This document shows positions 50,150 to 61,473 of a stretch of DNA of 64,000 nt, piece by piece. A program made the translations under genes and the position numbers. The stretch spans positions 31,250,001 to 31,314,000 of the forward strand of contig CM119372.1 of the NCBI GenBank assembly GCA_051294905.1. The letters are read 5' to 3'. The stretch comes from Botryllus schlosseri. Taxonomy: Eukaryota. The notes below the pieces were generated by a model, which searched no databases, was not told the DNA's origin, and saw nothing but the letters and a program-made list of their open reading frames with translations. Positions within the stretch are counted from its first letter, which is position 1. Each line of letters starts with the position of its first letter.

Positions 50150-51840
50150 CCTTAAACACGCGACCCGCGAGACCTTTTTGTGCGGCCTGCGTCGATATTT
50201 TGGATTTTCAATTATGAGACAATATTTAAGCTCCACATATATTTTTATCTGATTTGAAAAGTTATAATTTACTCTAAATTTGGTTCAAAAACCGACAGAC
50301 TACAATAACACATATTTTTCAAAAGTAATCATGCGATGGAAGATCATATACGTCACATTGCCTATATTTATGATGATAAAACATGACCAGCAGGTGATTC
50401 GTCACAAAAAATTGTGACTTGGACTCGACCTATCGTAGTATTACTCCAACTCGAACTGACTTGATGACAAAATGAAGATGATTTGACCGGACTCCGAGTG
50501 GCCTGGCTACAAACAATGGTCGCAACAAACTAATCGCGTGCCATGAGGAATATTGTAATAGTTCAAAAAGTCGTAGATTGGTGTCTCGCCATCTAAGTAA
50601 GTCGTTACGGCTACCATTGGCATTCTGTAGCCCGCTTAATGTAATGTTATTTACATCTTGGGCACAATGGTGGCGAGCAACGTAGTGGTACGCTCCAGTG
50701 TTCACCATTGAAACACAAATGGATTGTTCGCCGATTGGACAATTCTATTACTACGACACATTGATTATTATATTTATGTTGTTATTTATCTGTTCCAACA
50801 TTTGAAGGGAAATCTGACGCTGTTTTGATTTGACTTAATAGGCAATGACGTGATCACTAGCCTTTATTAGGAGTATACTTGAAAACCAGGATTAGGCAAC
50901 ACTGCTCCAATGCTGTGATATCATCATATCAATCATTGTAGAATTCCAAAATATTCTAGCTATAGTTGCGGCACATCAAATGTCCGCTAGCTGCATATCA
51001 ATAATAATAATAATCGTCATATTATATTTTCATCTGCCCAAGACACACACACACACAATGTACAATGCGATATACAAGACACACAATGCGATGTAATGAA
51101 CATATAGGGGGATGCCGAACGACCAACCACTTTGGGTCGCTAGAACTGGCATCCACCTCGACCTAGTGCCCGATGTCACAGTCTTCTTCGATGTTATTCT
51201 TTCTTCGTCGGTCCTTTTTAGAAGATATTTCTTGCTCTTTTTCTTTCTTTATCGGGGCTTTTTTGTCGCTGTAAGAACAGCGGCACGTGGGATGAGGAGC
51301 CGAGAATAACCTCCTACGGCGGGAAACGAACCCAGTCCGCCTGCGTAGATGGCGCCGACGTTTACCATTACGCTATCTCCCCGCTTTTTTGATGATCTGA
51401 TGCATCCTCTCGCATGGTGTCTATATCTCATAATTTTGGCAAAATATGCTCACTGTCTACCAAGTAGGCTACAAGAATGTTTTACAAATACTTATAAATG
51501 TGATGTTTTAGTGCCCAGCCTAAGTTGCTATAGTGGTAAATCACATCTTTGGAATGCGCACGGGATGTCAGTCAGCTGGGTCGGCTCACTTTCCATCGGA
51601 CAATTTTATCCCGTCAAGTAAGGCATAGCCTACTTCGCATGACATTGAATCCCCATATTATAATTGATGCTGCGGCCGGCGGCGTTATCAAAAACTGGGA
51701 AATTGGCCCGCGAGCAGATTTGAGTTTGAGAACCTTGACTTAGAGTAACGTAAGTGAAGTATTAACCAAGTTAATTGTCTTCTAGGATAAATCTTAAACG
51801 TGAAGCAGAGAGACTTCAGGCTATGTATGACATAACTCAC

Positions 51841-51945
51841 TTTCCAATCGAAATATCCCATTTTAGAGCCATTCCCTTGATATCCAAGAATCGGACGAAG
51901 CGTAATCGAAGAAAGGGTGTTATGTCGTAAATCCACATTGTCGAC
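51841..51945 (-). CDS. NLR-like gene, LRR-like exon (105 nt)
   Basis: TTCAG acceptor, VDNVDLRHNTLSSITLRPILG...DWK (LxxLDLxxNxL-like), GTGAGT donor, phase 0/0. Confidence 0.7.
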
Positions 51946-52711
51946 CTGAATCGAAATAGCGGTAAACTTAGTATTTCTCGATGATTTTAAAAGTCAAATA
52001 TGGGTCAACGGAACTTTCCAACATGAAATGTTTTATGTGGGTGCGAAGATACCCATCTTTGGTTAGGGATGGGGGGCGCAGGACGATAGTGGTGGAAATA
52101 CCAGAGATTTGACTATTTTAAAACTAATTCATGAATTGTAAGCATTTTTATGCGACAGTATTAAGGTAGTTTGTGTTATTATAATACCGCTTACAGCTCA
52201 TGTATTTGTTCTACATCAGTGTTGAATGACATAACATAAGTCACCGTGGTCGAATATTTATAGAGAATATGAAATAATCACGCTTAAATCATTCAATATT
52301 TCCTCCTGCTTCTTTGTTAGTGGTATAGGGGCGGATAAAGTTCATAGTAAACTTGGTGTAGAATAAAATATTACAAACAAAAAAGTGGACACAATGACGT
52401 CCATGTGTATATCGCAAACAAGACAAGTTACAGTTGTTTTCAAAAGAATGCGACCTCCATACAAGTACTTTGTTTCAAACATGTGATAAAACAAAAACGG
52501 TGAATGAAGTCCGGGAGGCGTCAGTTTGATTGAAAACAGACACACTGCCTGACAATTTAAACTGCAAATTCCCACTTCAATTGCGTTTTATTATAATTAT
52601 CAAACGCTGCTAATAATCATCGTAACATTGCGATCCGTTACAAATGCATGTTACGAAACGTATTGTTAGGTCGAGTCACGTAGGCCATTTCATGGTAAAA
52701 CATACACGAAC

Positions 52712-53019
52712 TCGGCGATCCCCCATGCTTCTTGCTATTAACTCCATCAGCTCATCGGACATGTTACAGTTGCAGAAGTTCAAATCGTCGAGACCGTCAC
52801 TTCTTGCTGCTAGCGATCCAACGACGTGGGCTTCGTCGCGACTCAGCGGAAAGCATGACGTGTTGATGACGGAAAGACGTTGTATCAGGTCGACGCAGTT
52901 AGATTCGTATATTGAAGTGTATAGCTCCATGCGAATATATCTCTGGTCGAAATAGTTCTGAGTGCTGTCTAGCTGACAGTGAATCGAGTGTGCAAGAATT
53001 GTTTTTTTCTTCTCCCGAT
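52712..53019 (-). CDS. NLR-like gene, HD2/first LRR exon
   Basis: TTTCCGCAG acceptor in phase 1 with the NACHT exon. Peptide includes ELYTSIYES, PLSRDEAHVVG and LDDLNFCNCNMSDELMELIA. Confidence 0.78.
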
Positions 53020-53794
53020 CTGCGGAAACGTATACAATACCGATTTTGCGGTATTCAAATTCATGGTATTTGTCGGTTACAATGGTGATTTGCACTAGGC
53101 CCACGTTCCTTATTTTTGATTCTGTGACTGCCGACTTGTAGCACGGCCCACTTCTAGTATTTTGTAAGACATCGCTTACGCGGACGAGATAGCGAGGAGG
53201 AGCCTAGATAAACATCCAACCCTTAAATATAAATTCAGAAGTCGACCAGATCCATTCGTGTTGTAACTGTGGATTATACCACTACGATACCACTACGCTA
53301 TCTCGCCACTATATAATGCCGTATTATTTACATATGTGTAATAAACTAAATAAATCGGGCGAACGAAAGCTGTAGGCTGCATGGTGACACTTTATCGGGA
53401 CGAATGTGGGCACATGACTTGGGATAACTTCGGACACTAATCGATATATAAATACGTGATTAGTCGAATGATACAGAAACCAGGGATGTTGAGATATGGC
53501 ACGTCGCATTTATTCCGCTCCGCACTATTTCGGTTTCATTCAGAGGTGGCCAGTAACAAATTACTTCTACATTTCCGAGATAATCCAGTTGATTTGCCTA
53601 ATACCACTTACATAAGTAGTTGTGTTTTTGAATACTTCCACCACAATGTTTTCAGGCAGAACAACTTACTTTTTACAACTTGGATTTTTAAAACTAGTAT
53701 TTAGTTTTGAGATGAATTTTACGGGTGACATTGTTAAAATACTCGGAAAAATCCCCTATATCCCGGTAATGGAACATTGTTGTTTGTAGTATTC

Positions 53795-54058
53795 ATGGTG
53801 TTTGTCGACTATGGTCAGTTATACACCTGACCAGACCATTTTTCTTCATTTTTAGTCCGTATAGACACCGGACTTGTAGCACGGCCCACTTCTAGACTTT
53901 TTAAAAGACACCGCTTACACGGATGAGATGGCGAGGAGGAGCCGAGATAAACCTCCAACACTTAGGTAGGAATTCTGGAGTCGACCTCGGTCGGACTCGA
54001 ACCCGCAACCCATTGATGTTGCAGCTGTGGATTATACCGCTACGCTATCTTGCCACCC
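53795..54058 (-). mobile_element. tRNA-derived SINE (family copies also at ~14045-14220 +, ~21020-21190 +, ~40510-40590 -, ~53130-53310 -, ~59860-60118 -)
   Basis: Minus strand has A-box-like TAGCGTAGCGG and B-box GGTTCGAGTCC, followed by a shared body with GGCTCCTCCTCGC(C)ATC. Confidence 0.8.
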
Positions 54059-54201
54059 GGTAACTGAATGTATTTGATACACTCTGCCATTTCAGGTAGC
54101 TGAATAGCTGTCATGGGTCGGGTCGGGCATTTGTCATAAAATCGATTCCTATAGCCATCCTATAGTTTTCAATCAGCTGAGTATAGATGTCATGATCAGA
54201 C

Positions 54202-55602
54202 CTTTGACAAGCTCAGATGGTGTTTCCATGTAGACCAAGCCAGTAACGAATCGTCGAACCACTGACCATCGTTCCGCATGAAGACCTTCTTTATCAAAGG
54301 CCCGGAATCTGTTAATCTCCATCTCCGCTACAAATCTCGCTGCCAGGTATTCTTGGATGCTTTGGTTGCAGAAAAAGAATTCGAAATCACCTTTCATCAA
54401 ACGACGGCTGAGCAGATTTTCACCCGGAACTTTTGCCATTAAATCTTCAACGTCGTCGGCGGACAGTTCATAATGTTCCAAATCAGCTATCTTGAAGATA
54501 GCTCTTCCTTCTTGCATGCCTTGAAAGGACATCTCTTTCAATTTGTTTACTACCGACGGGATGTCTTCGCATTTTCGTATGTTTTTTACGTGTTCAAGAG
54601 CTGCGATGATCCTATCGTACAGCTCTGTGATTGTAGCCGGAGGAGGTCTGCGTGGATCTTTTCCCATTACAATCGCCGTTAAAATTAGGAAGACCGGTTG
54701 GGACATTATACGGAGCAATCGTGGCGACATTCTTTCAAGTCTTTCCCAAAGGCAGACTCCGTTTTCTCCAAGAAGGGAAGTGAATAGTCCACGTGCGTCT
54801 GGTAGGGTGAAACCATTCAACATAATAATATCCTGCGGTCGGGCTTCCGGCGGTAATTCCGAGATCCTGCATTCACGTGAAGAAACGAAGATTTTGACGT
54901 GCCGAAGGATATTCCGCGCTAAAATATTGTATAGAATTGTCCAGGTGCTGTATCTGTCATGTTTTCTGATGCTTCGAACTTGGCTGTCGTAAATAGTGAA
55001 CCTTGCTTGATCGAGCCCGTCAAGAAATAGAGTTGCTTCGGATTGATTTTCGTCCAACCACTCGAATGCCTGATCTTCTTCGGATTCAGTTTTGTAAAGT
55101 CCGTCGAATAGAAATTTTGACGGCTTGATATCGCTTTCGTCTTTAACGTCTCTCAATTCAATAAAATGTACCATCTTCTTTCCCTCGAACTGGAGATTTT
55201 TGTTTTTGCCAGAAAGTAAGCCAAGAGCTTGTCGAGTTAATCTACGTGTCAGTGTCGTTTTTCCTGATCCCGCTGATGCGACGATGGCAGTAATACCAAC
55301 CGTTTCAGACGGCTCCAGTTTCCCCCTCCGCTCTATCGACGCTATTACCTCGTCAATTTGGATCGGTTTACTTTCAGTCCCATCCTGGTACTTGAATCTG
55401 ACTTCATTTATCAGTTGATTTTGTACAGCTACATCGCTTTCATAACGACCTCTGTAGTAGGTGGCAACGTCAACCGTACGCATCTGCGGGTAAACTACAA
55501 AGCTCGTCTCTTGTAGACCGTTGTGCTGGAAGTCATCAATAATTCTCACCGAAGAGCGTTCGTCAGCATTAACGTTGACGATCTTTATAAGTCCCTCGAC
55601 GT
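54202..55602 (-). CDS. NLR-like gene, large NACHT exon
   Basis: Walker A ASAGSGKTT, Walker B LFLDGLDQ, sensor VSSR, LNGF, QPVFL and winged-helix QSIQEYLAA. The TTGCAG acceptor at 55603 and GT donor at 54201 keep the frame. Confidence 0.93.
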
Positions 55603-55932
55603 CTGCAACAAAATATTATTCGGTGTTATACGCATTCTCGCGCTCAGCTAATAACTATAAATATGATGTTAAAAATAGCTCGTCTAGTTTTTAGATCGCA
55701 GAGTTTGGACGGATAAATATCGTGGCAGACTATAGCGAGTATTTGCGACACACAACATACGGTGATACAAAGCTAATTTATTGCCACACCGAACAAACCT
55801 CTGCATTGAAATTCATTGTCCTTCGAAATGTGGTCAGAAGTCATTCTTTGGCTCGTATTTTGCGACTATAGTACATGGACATTTCGTGTAGCATTTTACA
55901 AAAATGAATAAACATGACAATAATGATTTTAC

Positions 55933-56245
55933 CCGTAGATTGCTGACTCTTCGCCAAATTTTTGTCGGAATGAATCAAACTCATTGCTTGCTGTATCAGT
56001 CGTTGAGCCAGAAACAATTTGGAATCACGATGCTCGCCTGCGTTCGTATGACTTGCTTCGTGGTAGAAAATATTGGTTTCGTTGACGACATTATGATTCC
56101 CGGATATCACATTCATCCGTGAACCTATGAAGCTCTGATCGACATCACCTTCTGCCAACTGCGCGGTGTTGATGCTTTGTCCTGTGGCCAATGACCAGCG
56201 TTCAATCATATCATTTTGTAAATGAGACAATGTTGAAATTGCATT
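55933..56245 (-). CDS. NLR-like gene, N-terminal exon with RHIM-like motif (in-frame ATG at 56209)
   Basis: Donor ACGG|GTAAAA joins in phase 1 to the NACHT exon (QQST-D-VEGL). The exon is conserved in the duplicate at ~10.0-10.3 kb. Confidence 0.75.
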
Positions 56246-57151
56246 CTATAATTAATATATAAACTTCCAAACTAAGAATGTGGTTCAATTGAGGTCGATT
56301 TCTCGCCCTTGTGCAAATTGCAGCGCTTTTCTAAAAAAAATGGTCAAAGTAGTCATTGTTGATGGTCAAGTACCAAGTGGAAGTACTGTCACAAATCCAT
56401 ACACAATAGGGTTGTCCAAAATTTGGAAAATCTTAAAAATGCTCCGTGATAGTTTCTCATTCTATAGATTATTGATTTAAAAAAATGAGCCTGAAAGAAG
56501 CTCACAGGAAAGCCGTTAATGTTTTGATCAGCGCGTTTGAAAGTAGCTGCCCAAGAATGGCCATGCCACCGACCATAGAACGGCGAGAAGACTAGTAATC
56601 ACATAACCACGGCTCTTGAATCTTGATTGGCTAATCGGCAATGCCTCAATGATCACGACAGCAGCAGCTTGCTGATTAGGTGGTCAAGGAGTCTGCTACA
56701 GGCGGGGATTCTGAAAGCGCATTGTTGGTACGTTGGCAGATGATGATAAGATTATTTCAGGACATGTCGAGGTACGAAATACATGATGAACAAGCAACAG
56801 CTGTTTCACACAAACATATACAGCATGACCGCTTTATTGTGAAGGAAACGTCTGTAGACTGCATGCCGTGTTTTCATCGAGGGAAAGCAAAGGCGCTTAT
56901 ACAAGTGGCGAGCGAATTCCTCGTTTCAAAGAGGTCCATTATCATTGAATATCAAACAGCACGGATGACCACACACTTATCGATTTCAAGCTTCACTAAA
57001 AATTCAATTGTAAATGAATTTCAGTAAACTCTTTATGAAATTTGCAAGGAAAAACAAGCCAGCTAACTATGGAGAACATATAGATAGCATATTCCGAAGA
57101 CCAACGAGGTATCGGAGCTAAATTTCATCGTACACTATCAACATTATTTAC

Positions 57152-57233
57152 CTGAGATCCGGGAGGGTGATGACGATGACGCGGTCTCGCAGTCGGAAGT
57201 ACCACTGGGTAGATCGTTACCTCCGTCAGCCAT
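57152..57233 (-). CDS. Candidate first coding exon or uORF exon of the NLR-like gene (MADGGNDLPSGTSDCETASSSSPSRIS)
   Basis: ATC-ATG-G start, CAG|GTAAAT donor and an upstream TTTCAG acceptor. The same 82-nt frame is kept in the duplicate at 13667-13748. Its phase does not join directly to the next exon identified. Confidence 0.4.
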
Positions 57234-58821
57234 GATGCAATCTATATGATGTAAAATAACTCGTACAATACTGAAAGTGCATACACATACTCACATGGGT
57301 AGATTTTTATCTTTTTTGAATTTGGTCAGTTGTCCTGTCAAGGGTCTCCTGCGAACTATGGACCTATGAGACATTAATCGTTCGACATTGCAACTGTGAA
57401 ATGATTGCAACATCCATAATAAATTGATGAATACTGTAGGGCAGTGGTTCTCAACCTTTTTGACCTCATGGCACCATCTCAAAGGAAGAAATTAGTTCGC
57501 GGCACCCTTGTACTACGAGTAGGCTATCGCGAGTGGCGAGTAGCGTAGTGGCAGTCTTTCTCAACCAGCGCACCGATTGGCTTGCTCAGCGGTGCCGCTA
57601 GTAAATGTGGTAAACAAGGTTAACGTATAACAAAAATTAGGAAATCCAAATTCTAGGTGTGTGCATAATAGATAGTTCTGTTATTTTCACCCGCTTAAGA
57701 CACACAATGTACACTGCGATGCAATAAACTGATAGGAGAATGTCGAAAAGACCAATTCCGGTCTCTCAATATGGCACCCCCTCAGTCTAATGCCAGTGTT
57801 CGACCTTTATCTTTCTTATTATAGGCTTCCTCGATATTTTCATGAACTTCTTTAGATGGTCCTTGATCAGGTGTGAGTACAGTGACGTAGAGAAAGAGAA
57901 TCCCAGATGAACGTCCGACGCTACGGCACTTGATACTGCCAAGAATCAAACCACAGCCTCCACGTTATCGTGATTTTAGAGGCTCAAAGCCTTATTAGCT
58001 GTGATGCGACTATACAGAGCATTATTGCAACAGAAATAGGCCTACCCGCGGCTTATCAGTGCGCATAGGCTACCTGTACAGTGTACAATGTAGGCCTACA
58101 TCAACTCCGCGAACAATCTGCGAACAATCTGAACAATATACGTATCATTTTGGCAAGGAGACTAGAAGCGAACTGGACATTATGCCTTTTTCGCCTGCTG
58201 CTAATGTGACGTGGCGACTAACACGAAAGTTTTTTTTTATAGAAGACGGTACACTGAAAAAAAAATTTACCTCGATTTACCGCGAAATGTCTGGAAGCAG
58301 GGTAACAGCCATGGTAACAAGTTATCTCAAATTTCGACACTCATGCAAACAAAAAATATTCCATTATTGTATACCTAAAATAGCGTGGATATAAATTGTC
58401 GATGTCCGCGATCTCACAACCGCGCAACCGCGCGAGTTTATCACACAATTAAATGCTGAAGTAGTTATATTCTTACACCAAAAATTGACCCCGCAAAGCG
58501 CGGCATCAGTTTTCAAAAACCTACAATTGAAATAGGGTTGGCAACCATGTCACCGACATCATGTATAAACAGATTTATTCAGCGATTCCAAAGAAACGCT
58601 CAATGACAGCCAGTATAGTAACAAAATCGAGATCTCACCATTTCTGGGAATCGGAGTGGAGTGGTTGCCGTTTCAGAATCGCGTGATAGATTAAAGTTAT
58701 TTGCAACGACCAGGAACATCTTCTTCGGAAAACTTGTAAAGTCGGTCAGATCGAGCTCGGGCCGCTATAGCGTATTCATACGCCCAGTCCTATCTTAAAC
58801 CCTTATTCGGAGGATCTAAGC

Positions 58822-60353
58822 CAGGGGTTCTCAAAGGGTGGGCCAGAGGAGCAATTTGAGGTGGGCCACAGAGCTATTTGAAAAATTGTTGAATTAGTGA
58901 AAGTTTCTATTTCTATTTGTTATGTTCATTGTTCAAAATATATTCAAATTATCGTATTATACGTAGGCTATACATGAAACTTTTTATCCGGCTCTGATGA
59001 GACGTAGTGGCGAGTATGGAGTCACAATACACAAGTCGAAAATGGGAAAATAGAAGGGAAACGGTGGATTTTGTGTCCGGCTATGACAACCTACGGCCAC
59101 TAACCAACAGCAACTAAAATAATTTCGATTACATAATAACTGATTGTTAATGCTGAAGTAACCAAGCATTGCGACAGTGTCATACATCGTATGCCCTTGA
59201 AAATGGTGTGCATAAACTCGGACTGAAGTGCATTTTATATAGATTTACGATGCTTCGGCATATCGTATTATTGTAACATGAAAAGAGCCACAATTGAATT
59301 TATCATCAATTATCAACTTCCTGTGGAAGTATACGGCAACAGCGTAACGAATTGTAATAGATTGAGGATTTAGCGCAGCACATTTATATTTGGAGTCGGT
59401 CTAAAAACTCCGGTCTTGAAGTCATTGAACAAAATGTAACAGCAACACGAATTGGTTGTATCATTGGATTTAATGTTCTGACATCGCAACTTCAATAGGT
59501 ACAAGACATAAGCCTACTATGTACAATTGTACATTGTACAGCTGGCATATTTAAATTGAATTCTTTCTCAATTTCTCTGTAGTAACCTATTCACCAAAGA
59601 ACTATTTGAAGCGGGCCGAGAATGGTTATGACATTCCCCACCATACTTGAACCAAAACCCCAATCGCGCACTGAATGCGGGGATTGGATAATTCGGTTTC
59701 GCGACAGCGGAGGTACATAAGAGTTAGCCTATATACGATGTTCCAGGGCCGTAACTGTGGCACCCAAAACCCAAATTATGGGGGAGCTCGACGGGCCTCA
59801 AAATGATTTTGTTGGTCGTCTATTGGAGGATTGGTTGGTTGGTTGGTTTCGACGTGTTCATGGTGTTTGTCGACTACTATGGTCATTTTCACCAGGCCGG
59901 TTTTCATCATTTTTTTTATTCCGTAACTACCGACTTATATCACGGCCTACTTCTAGGCTTTTTGTAAGACACCGCTTATGCGGATGAGATGGCGAGGAGG
60001 AGCCTAGATAAACCTCTAAGTGTCAGGTATAGGAATTCTGAGGTCTATCTCCGTCGAACTCGAGCCCGCAACCCACTGGTGTTTCAGCCGCGGATTATAC
60101 GACTGCGATCCCGCCACTGAGTGTATTGGAGTATAGATTTGTTCAACTTGAAAATTTTCGTCGCGCTTCACATGATTTCATATGTCCCTACAGGCCTTCA
60201 TTTAAATGTGAGTAGTAAGAGCAAATGTGCATATATTAGAAAAATCGGTATATCGGCGGCGGCGACTACCACACACATTGAACAGGAGGTGGGCCACAGA
60301 ACATTTTAAAACCCGAAATTGGGTCACGGCCAAAAGAAGGTTGAGAACTCCTG
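58822..60353. mobile_element. hAT-type MITE with nested SINE and MITE fragment
   Basis: TIRs CAGGGGTTCTCAA/TTGAGAACTCCTG, perfect TSD ATCTAAGC. Confidence 0.88.
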
Positions 60354-60635
60354 ATCTAAGCTATGGGCTCTAATACTATAATATATATTATATATCATAG
60401 GTAAATTAGCAGTGATTGACTACATCGTCTCAGAAGCAAACAGGCTGTGTGCCACGGTAATCAATTCAGTTATCATTTGTAATGTGATTATTGTGCAGTC
60501 GCGCTCAACGGAGTAGGCTATAGGCTGATTTCAACTTCACATGAGCAAATTTTTGATATTCTTGGAACATTTAGAGCAATTCCCTCGTGTTCCAAGTCAT
60601 TTATTACTTCATAGCTTTGACAGTGTAGCCTAAAG

Positions 60636-61473
60636 CAGAGGTCTCAAACACGCGGCCCGCCAGATCATTTTGTGCGGCCCGCGACGACATTTTAGATTTT
60701 CATCAATTTTACAATATATAAGTGCCACATATATCTTTTCAAGTTTTAAAGTGAAAATTCGCTCTTAAATTGCTCCGAAAGCCTGAAACTATTCATCAAA
60801 CTTCACTATCCGCGCCCACCGCCCATGATGATAAACCCTGACCCTTAGACGATAGTCGTTTACAGCACTATGCTTATAGACGACTCGTGACTGAAATCTG
60901 TGAGTAGACTTGGACGCGACCTTTATTAGAATTACTCGGACTCGGGCTGACTCGATGGCGAAATGAAAATGACCCGAGTGGACACGGAGTCATGGGAATA
61001 GTAATAGATCAGAAGATCGCAGGTCGAATCCTGGATTGGGCTACACTGCTAAACCCCAAATGCTGTGATATCAGATCAATCTCTATTATCAATCTGTTAA
61101 ATTCACAATATTTATAGTAGCTGCAAAATTATAACGTGATAGCTTTTATGATAGCATTATATATTTTTCCGCTCACATGGCATCTATATCTTATAATTAA
61201 TATATATCAAGTACAACAACACTTCTATTCAAATAGTTATAAATGTGATGATTTTTTTCATGCCAGGCCTAAATTGATACAAGAGTAAATAACATTTTTA
61301 TGATGTGTGTTGAATGTCAGTCTGCTGTATCGGTACACTTTCAATAGGACAATTTCATCCCGTCAACTAAGGGCTACTTGGAAAGACATGGAATACCCTT
61401 ATTGATGCTGCGGCCCACGGCGTCGTAAAACTGGAAAAGTCGCCCGCGAGCACATTTGAGTTTGAGACCACTG
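60636..61473. mobile_element. hAT (Buster-like) MITE
   Basis: TIRs CAGAGGTCTCAAAC/GTTTGAGACCACTG, TSD GCCTAAAG/GCCTAAAA. Confidence 0.85.

Noticed and set aside
53985..54058. Possible tRNA gene
   Set aside because: A and B boxes are present but there is no clean cloverleaf, and it is attached to a repeated SINE body in several copies.
54473..55418. Plus-strand ORFs antisense to the NACHT exon (similar antisense ORFs lie over the MCP and pol)
   Set aside because: Shadow ORFs of real coding sequence.
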